Made by a program: the position numbers and the translations under genes
Shown: positions 10,401 to 19,684 of the stretch, in pieces
How the letters are laid out: the number at the start of each line of letters is the position of its first letter
How positions within the stretch are numbered: position 1 is the first letter of the stretch
DNA from: Octopus sinensis
Taxonomy: Eukaryota
Direction of reading: 5' to 3'
NCBI RefSeq assembly: GCF_006345805.1
Contig: NW_021824169.1
Span: forward strand, 1 to 19,830
Length of the DNA: 19,830 nt
The notes under the pieces: model-generated
The model's input: only the letters and a program-made list of their open reading frames with translations
Told to the model about the DNA's origin: nothing
Databases searched by the model: none

Positions 10401-10844
10401 GCGTGTCCAAGGTAGCATTCCAATCCCCCACTAAGAGTAAAGGACGAGACGTTCCCAAGAAAACTTCTAGACGTTGAAAGAAATCCGCCCGACCTGTTAA
10501 GGGCGGTGCGTAAACTGATACGAGCCGAAAAGCGCACCCATTGCTGCCGTCGACATCCAGGACGACCAGTCTACCCTCCGGGTCTACGAATATTGTCCTT
10601 ACATTGAGATCCAGACTCTTGTGAAAAAGTACCCGGTGCCACTACCGCCCATTCTCGGCAGACAGGGGGAAAAATAAATGTTGAACTGTCCGCCAAACAT
10701 GGTCTTTAGGGCCCGCGGATTGTGGAGTCTGGTCTCGCTTATGGCTATGATTTCTAACTTATGTGACTTTATGTCATTTAAGAGGTACCCTTGTTTCCAA
10801 GGGGACCCCAAGCCACGCGCATTTACACAACCAATCTTGATCAT
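7418..10844 (-). pseudogene. ORF2: APE endonuclease + reverse transcriptase + C-terminal Cys/His motif, broken by roughly ten or more frameshifts
   Basis: EN motifs MIKIGCVNARGL, ISETRL, VYAP, GDWN, SYLDR, TDH. Then WKLNAS, KSPGLDGLP, FRPITLLNADLKILAK, LDQSKAFDRV, RQGCPLS, YADD (8796-8785), and CPRC..ETVLHALVQC (7835-7782). Stop TGA at 7420-7418. Pieces correspond to track ORFs 10599-10844, 9358-10458, 9299-9544, 8731-9093, 8425-8715, 8285-8506, 8073-8414, 7972-8220 and 7601-7936. Confidence 0.92.
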
Positions 10845-10875
10845 AGTTCTAATGAATTAGAATACAGAGGGTTAC

Positions 10876-12877
10876 TTACTGCTCGAAAGTTTTTGCTTTC
10901 TCCTCGTTGGTTTGTCCTCGAGAAGATCCCAGTACAGTTTCTTTTGTGAGATATTTTTGGCATTTACCAACCGCACTGGGGAAAATGCCTTTGAGTGTGT
11001 GGTGCAGACTTTTGGAGATGTGTATTATTTTGATGTGGTCTGGTGGGTGTGTGTATGGGTGGTTGTTTGTTTTTATGTCATCTTCTGTTATGTTTGTTTT
11101 TGATTGGATGTATTCCATCAAATTTGTGTTTTGGTGTCTATGGCTGTGAGCATGTTTGCTGTATATGTTTTTGTGTGTTGGTGTGGCTGTTGTTTGCGTT
11201 GGGTTTTGAAATGTCTTCGGGAGATGTATTTCCCCCTGCTTTGTTCGTGTTTGCATTTGTTTGGTTGTGTTTCTGCTCTTTTATTTTCCTTCTTTTTGTA
11301 GCCCATTCCTCACTGGTTTCGTCTCTTCCGACGAAATTTTCTGAGGAATCAGAAGGGGTAGGGGTATGTTGTGGGCTTCTATGTATGTCTGTGTAAGTGG
11401 TTGTGTTTTTTTTTTCGTTGTTGTTGTTGTTGAGTGTTTGTGTGTGTTGAGTGCGGTATAAGGGATGGGGGATCATTTTGTGTGTGTTTTCTTGTTTTTC
11501 TGTTCCTTTGGGTTTTTGCTGTTGATGGTAGTGTTGGTATTTTTCCAGGTGTCGAGTGGTTTTTGGTTGATGACGGATTAGCTTGGTGTGCTTCTCTTGT
11601 CGTCTTCTGTGTTGATGGTGTGTGGGTAGTAGAGCTTTTTTTCCGGAGTGCTTTGGTTGTGGTAGTGGTTGTTGTTGTTGCTCTTGGTGTGCAGTGGTTG
11701 GGCACGTCTTTTTCAAGTGTGTTTCGCTTCCACACAAATAGCAGCGTGGTCGCCTGCCCTCTACCACTATATAGAGTTTGTAGCCTCCTGGCAGTTCTAT
11801 AGCGGTGGGTATCTTCTCTCTTGCTGCTGCTTCATCTCCAATTGAAGCAGGAATTCGATTGATTTGCCCACATAGTCTTTCTCTCCTAGAACCGCGATTT
11901 CCAGGATGTTTGTCTCTGACCTGACATTTCAAAGCAGATGGCAGAGACCACCCATTGTGTTTCGACATCAAATGGTATGTTTTTTTATTTGGACTTTCGT
12001 GACCCTTTTGTTTAAATAGACTGGTATCATTACCAAGTCGTCCGAATGTAGCTCCAATGTGGAAAAACGTTTTGCTAAACTTTCGTTGAGGAAACGTACT
12101 TGGACTGTACCAAATTTGTTTCCCCAACTGATATATTCCTTGGAGTCCCATACAGGACGAAGGCATTTATCGATTTTTTCCTGCGTGCATTTTCTGTTCT
12201 TCTTGTGTTTTTTTGTTTATTACTTTATAAATTTGTTTTTTTTTGCGTGTTTTTCCACGATGTGTTGTGGAATATGAAGGTGCAATTTGTCTCCTTCTTT
12301 GGAGAAGAGTGCCTTTGTGCGGTTTATCTCTTGTGTGGTGAATGTTACAATTGTTCTTTTTTGTTTTGTTTTACGTCGTCGCAAAATTCGTTTTGAATTT
12401 GGCAGTAGAAGTGTTAATTGTGGCAGTGTTAATTGAAGTCATGGTAGTGGTGTTGGTGTTGGCGGTATTAGCAGCAGAAGGCTTGGATGTAGCATTTGAC
12501 GTCGTAGTAGTGGTGTTGGTGTTGGCGGTGTTGTCTTTGGTAGGCGGCTTTGTGCCAATTTTCGTTGTTGTTGTTGGTGGTGGTGATGGTGGTGGTGCTG
12601 GCATTCATGTTTTCGTTTGTATTCATTTTTTGAAATCCCTTTCTCTGTCCCTTTATCATCACAAGTGGTGTGGGGAGTGAGGGGAATCTAAGTTAATGTC
12701 TTTGGTCGCGGCGATGGTGATGCGACGTTAGATTTGTTGTTGTTGTTGTTGTTGGTGGTGGTGATGGTGGTGACAGCGGTGTTCACGCTGCGATGTTTAG
12801 CAGCTAGTGGTAGCAATAGTGTTTTTGCTACCGTTCTGCATGACTGGCGGGCTAGCCACGTGGTTTCTAGTTGCCAT
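10876..12877 (-). pseudogene. ORF1 (gag-like nucleic-acid-binding protein), frameshifted
   Basis: CX2CX4HX4C knuckle CYLCGSETHLKKTC at 11743-11702, preceded by IPTAIELPGGYKLYIVVEGRRPR. An RRM-like segment (..GTVQVRFLNESLAKRF..IPFDVETQWVV..) lies in other frames. Likely start is AAAATGG at 12877 (inferred). Stop TAA at 10878-10876, about 30 bp before ORF2. Confidence 0.75.
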
Positions 12878-13099
12878 TTTCAAATGAAAAATGGCTAAAA
12901 AACCCACGAAAGTTTTGAAAGTTTTTTTGTAATTTCGCCCATACAGGGGCGGAATTCTACGTGAATAATTCTCAGGTTTTTTAGTGAATGAATTTGCACA
13001 ACGATTAAAACAAAATATTTGACAACAAGGAGTTTTAAACATGTAAAAGTGGCCAACTTACTTGAGCCGATATGACTAGCGTCCGTCCATTGTGATAGA

Positions 13100-13112
13100 G
13101 GCCCGATAGATA
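13100..13112. repeat. Target-site duplication, right copy (GGCCCGATAGATA)
   Basis: Matches 7000-7012. Confidence 0.85.
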
Positions 13113-13185
<73 letters not shown>

Positions 13186-13238
13186 GAGATATAGATAGAT
13201 AGATCAGACAGACATATATAACAGATAGATAGATGATT

Positions 13239-13276
<38 letters not shown>

Positions 13277-13464
13277 TAGATAGATAGATAGATAGAAAAA
13301 AATAGATAGATAAAAGATAGATAGATGATCGATAGATAGATAGTAGATAATAGATAGATAATAGATAGATAGATAGATATATAGATAATAGGCAGATAGA
13401 TAGATATTGACGATAGACAGACATCAGATAGACAGACAGACAAACAGACGACTACAGTACAGAC

Positions 13465-13495
<31 letters not shown>

Positions 13496-13545
13496 AGATA
13501 GATAGATAGATTATGATAGAATAGATGTTAGATAATAGATAAGAT
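13105..13545. repeat. Long degenerate (GATA)n/(GACA)n array
   Basis: Directly visible; lies between the 5' end of copy A and the 3' end of copy C. Confidence 0.95.
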
Positions 13546-13550
13546 AATAA

Positions 13551-13910
13551 GTCTTTTTATTGGCCACACAGGCTGCACACAGATGGGACAAGTTACAAAG
13601 TAGACCTTTTCTTTGGGGGGGGGGGGGATGAAAAAAAAACAAATACAAAAGAAATAAAATAAAGTGGCGTAGGTTTTCGATGAAAGGGATCGTATATGGG
13701 AAAAAAGAACAAAAATAAAAAAGAAAGAAAAAAGGAAAAGGACAAAAAGAAAAGAGAATGAAAAAAGAAGAAAAAAGGGGTAAAAAGGAAGAGGAAAAAA
13801 ACGATCATAGGTATCATGTATCACAGTGTTAATGATGTATGTGTAAAGGGGAAAGCAAGTTATGTTTCTCCGTGGGAAGAAAAGCCTACGAAAAAGACCA
13901 CGGTAACCTT
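13551..13910 (-). mobile_element. Tx1-like copy C, 3' UTR only (second subfamily)
   Basis: TTTATTGGCCACACAGG-CTGCACACAG terminus and AAAAGCCTACGAAAAAGACCACGGTAACC match A/B. GGGACAAGTTACA and GTGGCGTAGGTTTTCGAT are shared with copy D rather than A/B. GATA arrays lie on both sides. Confidence 0.85.
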
Positions 13911-13920
13911 TTCAATATTA

Positions 13921-13928
13921 TAGATAGA

Positions 13929-13964
<36 letters not shown>

Positions 13965-13972
13965 TAGATAGA
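13921..13972. repeat. (GATA)n/(GACA)n array
   Basis: Directly visible. Confidence 0.9.
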
Positions 13973-14371
13973 CGACTGTTAAGAAGGATATGCTATAAAT
14001 CTCCATATGAAATGCTCTACCATGCCTAGTGCGCACATCTAAATCTTCGTGTTTATACCGCCATAAAAGCATCATTTATAAACATTTAGCGTTGCACAAC
14101 CACGACAAGAGGAGATAATTAACAATCCAATACATTTGCTTTCAATATTTCCTTTTATGTAATAAAATATAATGATGAATAGTATGAAAAATAACCAAAA
14201 AATGAAGTGCTTTATCATATTGTGTAATTTTGCTTTCCTTAATAATAAAAATGGATGGGGGAAAACTTTTACGGTTTATGTTGTATGCGCTTTTTGATAT
14301 TAATATGTTAATTTCGATTTTGGCGGAGAGAAAAATATGTAATATATATGGTGTCTTTTACGTTACAAAGG

Positions 14372-14372
<1 letters not shown>

Positions 14373-14401
<29 letters not shown>
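14373..14401. repeat. (TCTA)n array, opposite strand to the GATA arrays
   Basis: Directly visible; 5' flank of copy D. Confidence 0.9.
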
Positions 14402-14403
<2 letters not shown>

Positions 14404-14491
14404 CTCTCACTTTCCTTTTCAAGTGGTACTTGAAGAAGTCAATCTCTCATCAACTTCTTCAAGTACCACTTGAAAAGGAAAGTGAGAGTAG
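14401..14491. repeat. Perfect inverted repeat: 39-bp arms, 13-nt loop
   Basis: 14401-14439 is the exact reverse complement of 14453-14491; the loop is CAATCTCTCATCA. Confidence 0.9.
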
Positions 14492-15055
14492 AGAGGCAAG
14501 TTTTGTCTAGCGAATGTTTTAAAAAAAGATGGGTGAATGTAGCAAGGATGGCACGTATGAATGACGGAGCCACCTTGAGCATAATCCTATGAACCCAGAA
14601 ATTGAAAACAGAGGGTTACCCACTTGCAAACAAATGTGGTAACATATAACAATATTTACCAAGGTTACCGTGGTCTTTTTCGTAGGCTTTTCTTCCCACG
14701 GATAAATCTTATCTGCTTCCCCCTTTACACCATATATCATAACACTGTGATACACGATCCCTATTGATCGTTCTTTTTTTCCTCTTCCCCTTTTTTCCCC
14801 CTTTTTCTTCTTTTTTCATTTCTCTTTCCTTTTGTTCCTTTTCCTTTCCTTTTTTTTTCTCTTTTTATTCTTTTTATTTTATTCAATTTTTTTTGTTTTT
14901 GTTCTTTTCTTCCCTTTTACGATCCCTCTTGATCGAAAACCTACGCCACCCCTTTTTTTTCTTTTGCTTTTTGTTCTCTTTATCCCCCAAAAGAAAAGCT
15001 CTACCTTGTAACTTGTCCCATCTGTGTGCAGTCCCTGTGGGCCAATAAAGAAACT
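14440..15055 (+). mobile_element. Tx1-like copy D, 5'-truncated (end of ORF2 + 3' UTR)
   Basis: Encodes ..FFKYHLKRKVRVERQVLSSECFKKRWVNVARMARMNDGATLSIIL*. AATAAA at 15044-15049, followed by a TATC/CATC tail. Confidence 0.88.
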
Positions 15056-15147
15056 TTATCTCTTTATCTATCCATCCATCCATCCATCCGTCCATCTATC
15101 AACCTGTTTAACGCTCTACTAAAGAAATCTCTCTCTCTCTCTCTCTC

Positions 15148-15240
<93 letters not shown>

Positions 15241-15245
15241 ACATA
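15056..15245. repeat. (TATC/CATC)n then (CT)n, (TA)n, (CA)n microsatellites
   Basis: Directly visible. Confidence 0.9.
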
Positions 15246-15479
15246 CATATATCTTCTATCTCTGGATGGGTGTGTGTGGTGTGTGTGCGCGCGTGCGTGT
15301 CGTGTGGACAGAGAGAGAGTGTGTAGGAACAGAGCCAGACGGATAGATCGATAGTTTAGTATAAATTGTTGTTGTAACGTGATAATATTTCGAAAAGAGA
15401 ATAAACGTATTGTACATAGTCAAAATATCTCATGGCAAAAAACAAACTAACAACACAAAAACTCAACAACAACAACAAC

Positions 15480-15510
<31 letters not shown>

Positions 15511-15794
15511 TATATATAATATAATAAAATTAGTAAATAAATAACAAGAATCAAATAAACTAAATAAAAATAAAAAAGCAAAGTTTTTTACTTATAGTTC
15601 CTTATTTTGCTATTTGAGGCCTACTGTGTGATGTAAGAGATTAGCATACACACATACACACACATGAGTCCACATACGCACACATACACATGCGTCCACA
15701 CACACACATTCATGCACACGCGTCCACACACGCACACTCATACACATGTATATACACAAACACACAAAAGCGTACATAGTCAAACACAATTTAC

Positions 15795-15818
15795 ATTGTG
15801 AAACGGAGATTGTTCTTT
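15795..15818 (-). other. Candidate 24-nt microexon of an unseen host gene
   Basis: Minus strand reads TTTTCTAAC GTGTCATGTTTTGCAG | AAAGAACAATCTCCGTTTCACAAT | GTAAAT, i.e. branch-like CTAAC, acceptor and donor. Length is divisible by 3 and all three frames are open. Confidence 0.25.
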
Positions 15819-16526
15819 CTGCAAAACATGACACGTTAGAAAAATATGGATTATTTATTTTATTTATTTATGGATATTTGCGTTTCACTGTTGGCAATTT
15901 TCAAATTCTGTGATTTGCATATTTTTTCAAAACTGTTGCAACTGATAAAAAAAAAAAAGTCCAAAAGTGCTCAGGATTTAAGTTTTCTTCACAATAACAT
16001 GAAGGCATCTTCTAAAAATTCATGCATGAATGTGTGATTTCTTCTTTCTGTCTATGATTCCACTGGTACTGTTTTACCTCATATTATATTTTTCCAATAA
16101 TCTCTTGTCAATTATCATGTGTGAGGTTATTGCAGCCATAAATTAACTTTATTTGTCACGTTTTGCCCGTTTCTTGTCTATTAAATCAGAATTTTTTCTT
16201 TGTCGTAAAGATAACTACTGCCATTTTCCTTCAGGTCAATAATTTTCTCTCAGCTTCGTGTCGATCATTTCCTGGAGGACATTTATATATTTTTCCTATA
16301 TTTTCTGTTACAAATTATACATTATTTCGAAAGCGTGTGTACTACCCACCAATTTTAAGATGCATTGAAAACAGCCCTGCTTAGACTCGTGCAAGTCTCA
16401 CCAATGTATGACAGGTTACGACCTTAAATAATATTGCATACGCAAGTGAACTTTCACCTCTTCATTATCTCTCTCTTATGAGACCTTTCACACAAACATG
16501 TTCAAAATGACAGCGCGTACACACAT

Positions 16527-16600
16527 ATCCATCCATCCATACATCCATCCATCCATCCATCCATCCATCCATCCATCTGTCCATCAATCCACCTATCCAT
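16527..16600. repeat. (ATCC)n microsatellite
   Basis: Directly visible. Confidence 0.9.
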
Positions 16601-16745
16601 ACACATATAAGCGCACACACATATACGTGTATTTGCATGCAAGTATGTATGCATCAACTTTGGTATCATGTATTATATTTTAATGGGCATGCACACAATA
16701 ATTCTAATGGTTTTAGCCATAAGGTACTCTTTTACTTGTTTCAGT

Positions 16746-18067
16746 CATTTATAGAGGACTAGCAGTATCGCCCGGCGTTGCTCGGGTTTGTAAGGGAAAT
16801 AACTATATAAGCATTTTTAGAGATGTAAAGTATAATAGCCATCTCAATATGGCTAACCACAAAGGGGGGGGTGTTACTGTAGCTTTTTACGTTCTGAGAT
16901 TTAATAATAAATTTTAGAGAGTTACTTCCCTTATATATGCCAAAAATGCATTAAAAATGGGAAAAATTGATGGTAATTTTTTTTAAATAAATCGTAGACT
17001 CATCGTAGACGAGCGCGCTAATACCCGAAGGGCTCGATATGAATCACGACTATAAGATACCCGCTTTTGGTTACACTGCACCGCAAAATGTGGGAGTAGT
17101 TAGGAATCTAAATCGTAGGAGACAGACAGACACACAACCCCACTTTTATATATAAAGATTAGTGGTGGGGAAGTGCGATGACATTGTCGGGGAGACTCTG
17201 GGCGCCGACGAGAACGAACTGGCCAGCCTGTTCCGGAGGACTTTCCGGTCGGGAACTATCATGGATGATTTCTAGATATCCTTGGCCTGGCAGTACAACC
17301 GGATGACGTTACCGGTTCGAGATAAACTCTATAGGTATGGCTGTGCTGTCTGATGGGTTTGTCGAGGTACCTGCATAGTGACGAAACCGTTCTGCACGCC
17401 CTCATTCAGTGTACGGTCATTGCTGACTTGTGGAATTATGTCCAACAGCTGTTATCACGTGTGGGACAGATTCGTCTGTCGGCTGTTTTATAGTGATGAT
17501 TGCACCGCCGCTCTCCTTCAATCTGGTAGGAAGGGCAGTTTTCCCTTGTCTGGTGGCTGTGACGAAAGAGGCTATTTGGTAGACAAGGCTGAAAGGCATG
17601 AGAACAGATACATTCCTCTTTGGTAGAGCTCTCATTGACTTCTCAAGTTTCACTTGAAAAGGAAATTGAGAGTGAAGAGGGAAGTGGTCCTTGAGTGAGT
17701 TTATTGAAAGGTAAGTGAAAATGGCAAGAGTGGATGGTACTTCTCTAAGTGTAGAGCTGTGAGCCGTAAAGAGGAAATTGGAGAGGGCACTTACACCAGG
17801 GGTTTCGGGGAAATCTCAGACAGTTGGGTTCCTCGTTAATCCCTAGAAACCTTCCCCTATCAAGAGAATCACTTCTCTATCATCCTTCCCGCCATCCAGT
17901 TTTTAAACCTTTGTAGCCTATGCATATGTCCCTTCTTTTTCAGAGTGTACTGTGTAGAGTTTTTCCCTTTTTTTAGTCATTTCATTATTATATGTAAACC
18001 CCTACACTATGTGTCTGTCTATGTATTGTCCCCCTCATCATTCGCCCTTGTGTCAAATAAATAAAAA
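16746..18067 (+). mobile_element. Older, diverged Tx1-like copy E (ORF2 C-terminus + different 3' UTR), split by a Helitron
   Basis: Decayed translation YRG|LVVGKCDD..SLAWQ..LPVRDKLYR..ETVLHALIQC..LLSRVG..RLKG..HLKRKLRV aligns to copy A, with in-frame stops. Ends in AATAAATAAAAA followed by ATT/ATC repeats. Confidence 0.82.
16759..17158 (-). mobile_element. Non-autonomous Helitron (400 bp)
   Basis: Minus strand has 5'-TC start (17158-17157), an internal (TCTG)n, a subterminal hairpin CCCGAGC-AAC-GCCGGG (16786-16771), and a CTAG-3' end 8 nt later. It sits between A and T with no TSD. Confidence 0.85.
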
Positions 18068-18145
18068 TCATTATTATTATCATCATCATCATCATCATCA
18101 TCATCCTCATTATCATTATCATTATTGTTGTTGTTGTTGTTGTTA
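18068..18145. repeat. (ATT)n/(ATC)n/(GTT)n trinucleotide array
   Basis: Directly visible; joins the 3' ends of copy E and the RLE element. Confidence 0.9.
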
Positions 18146-18602
18146 CTTTTATTATGAAAGTCTCTCAGATAGTTCTTAATTTCTGGTTATTCTCTACTTG
18201 AAAGCAGGCAACAACAAATCACCAAAGGTTTCAAGTAGTGCCTTCTCCTGTCAAAGAGACAATACTCTCCTTGGAATGCAAGCTGTACCCAACAATATCA
18301 TCTTCTGGATCACCTTGAGCCTGACAGCAGCTCCAATATTCTTAATATGTTTTTCAAAGCCCTTGGAAACTACTTCTAATGCTCCAATTACTTCGGGTAT
18401 CACCATAACTTTCCTGTCTCGTCCCACAGTGGCTGGTATTTCACAATCTTTTCTGTTTCCTTACATTTCACCCTCAAACCACCTGGTATTGAAACATCTA
18501 TTATCTTTGCTTCTTTTTCATCTTTATGGACGAGCACGATATTTGGCCGTCTCACCTCTATGACTTGGTCGCATTGTATGTAAAAATTTCAGAGATTTTT
18601 TG
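18146..18602 (-). mobile_element. 3' fragment of an RLE-type (R4/Dong-like) non-LTR retrotransposon
   Basis: 18600-18251 translates NL*NFYIQCDQVIEVRRPNIVLVHKDEKEAKIIDVSIPGGLRVKCKETEKIVKYQPLWDETGKLW/VIPEVIGALEVVSK..IQKMILLGTACIPRRVLSL*. This matches the restriction-like endonuclease pattern (RPD..D..EK..KY..VIGALG..GT). Clade assignment is tentative. Confidence 0.78.
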
Positions 18603-18606
18603 TAAT

Positions 18607-18666
18607 TTATTATTATTGTTGTTGTTGTTGTTGTTGTAGTAGTTGTAGTTGTTGTTGTAGTTGTAG

Positions 18667-18698
<32 letters not shown>

Positions 18699-18700
18699 AT
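18607..18700. repeat. (GTT)n/(GTA) trinucleotide array
   Basis: Directly visible. Confidence 0.9.
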
Positions 18701-18770
18701 ATCATGAAAACATTCAGCTTTATTTTGCTGGGTATGCTGGAAAGTGTCAGCAGACTAAGGTGACAAAATG

Positions 18771-19020
18771 GTAAAAGTAAAAGTTACTCATAAGGACCGG
18801 TTCTCCGGTTTCATGGCGTACGAGTCCCCCACAAAGGCAGGAACGCCGGTCCGTCGCAGGATTACTCGTTCCCCCCTCCCCACTCCCAAGCTAAATTGAC
18901 TGGAGCAACAGGAAATTAAATATTTTGCTCAAGGACACAACGCGTTTTCCGATCCAAGAATCGAAATCACAACCTTACAATCATGAATCCAACATCCTAT
19001 CCACTAAGACATGCACCTCA
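18771..19020 (-). mobile_element. tRNA-derived SINE, head related to the 2651-3982 copies but with a different body
   Basis: Minus strand has TGTCTTAGTGGATAGG (A-box), GATTTCGATTC (B-box), TGTGTCCTTGAGCAAAA, body CCTGCGACGGACCGGCG...GAAACCGG, and an (ACTTTT)n tail. Confidence 0.7.
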
Positions 19021-19293
19021 GCGAGACTAATGTGACACTTGTTTACTGATCATGAGTCAAGAACCTTGCGGACAACTCCTGCAAGTTCCAAGCAATAACG
19101 GTTTTTGTAAGTATTCAATCTTTACATTTGTACCAATCTTTTTGAGCCATGTTGGTAGTTGGGTAATGGTACTTCCGAGTGCATACTCACTATTGGTATC
19201 ACGTCCACTTTATTCATTGCTCACAACTTGAGTATTTGCTAATTCAATTCATCATAGTTGTTCAATTTATCTCCTCCTTTCTCTCTAATCCGT

Positions 19294-19684
19294 GGAGGCG
19301 CAATGGCCCAGTGGTTAGGGCAGCGGACTCGCGGTCATAGGATCGCGGTTTCGATTCCCAGACCGGGCGTTGTGAGTGTTTATGAGCGAAAACACATAAA
19401 AGCTCCACGAGGCTCCGGCAGGGGATGGTGGTGATCCCTGCTGTACTCTTTCACCACAACTTTCTCTCTCACTCTCTCTCACTCTTACTTCCTGTTTCTG
19501 TTGTACCTGTATTTCAAGGGCCGGCCTTGTCACTCTCTGTCACGCTGAATATCCCCGAGAACTACGTTAAGGGTACACGTGTCTGTGGAGTGCTCACCAC
19601 TTACACTTTATTTCACGAGCGGGCTGTTCCGTGATTCGGATCAACCGGAACCCTCGTCGTCGTAACCGACGGAGTGCTTCCATC
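19294..19684 (+). mobile_element. tRNA-derived SINE, well preserved (resembles the octopus OR2-type family)
   Basis: GGAGGCGCAATGGCCCAGTGGTTAGG (A-box 19304-19314) and GGTTTCGATTC (B-box 19347-19357). CpG-rich body ends in CTTCCATC. The family name is from recollection and not verified. Confidence 0.8.

Larger units (their letters stand above)
7013..13099 (-). mobile_element. Full-length L1/Tx1-clade non-LTR retrotransposon, copy A (6087 bp)
   Basis: 5' UTR, ORF1 with zinc knuckle, ORF2 with APE-RT-Cys motif, 3' UTR with AATAAA (7024-7019), and a 13-bp TSD. Tx1 assignment is from WKLNAS, the RT motifs and the ORF1 layout. Confidence 0.92.

Noticed and set aside
11138-12166. 342-aa track ORF as the true ORF1
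   Set aside because: Only its middle (knuckle region) is in the biological frame; the start and end arise from frameshifts.
13860-14075. 71-aa minus ORF MLLWRYKHEDLDV...
   Set aside because: It runs through microsatellite and LINE UTR; no recognisable domain.
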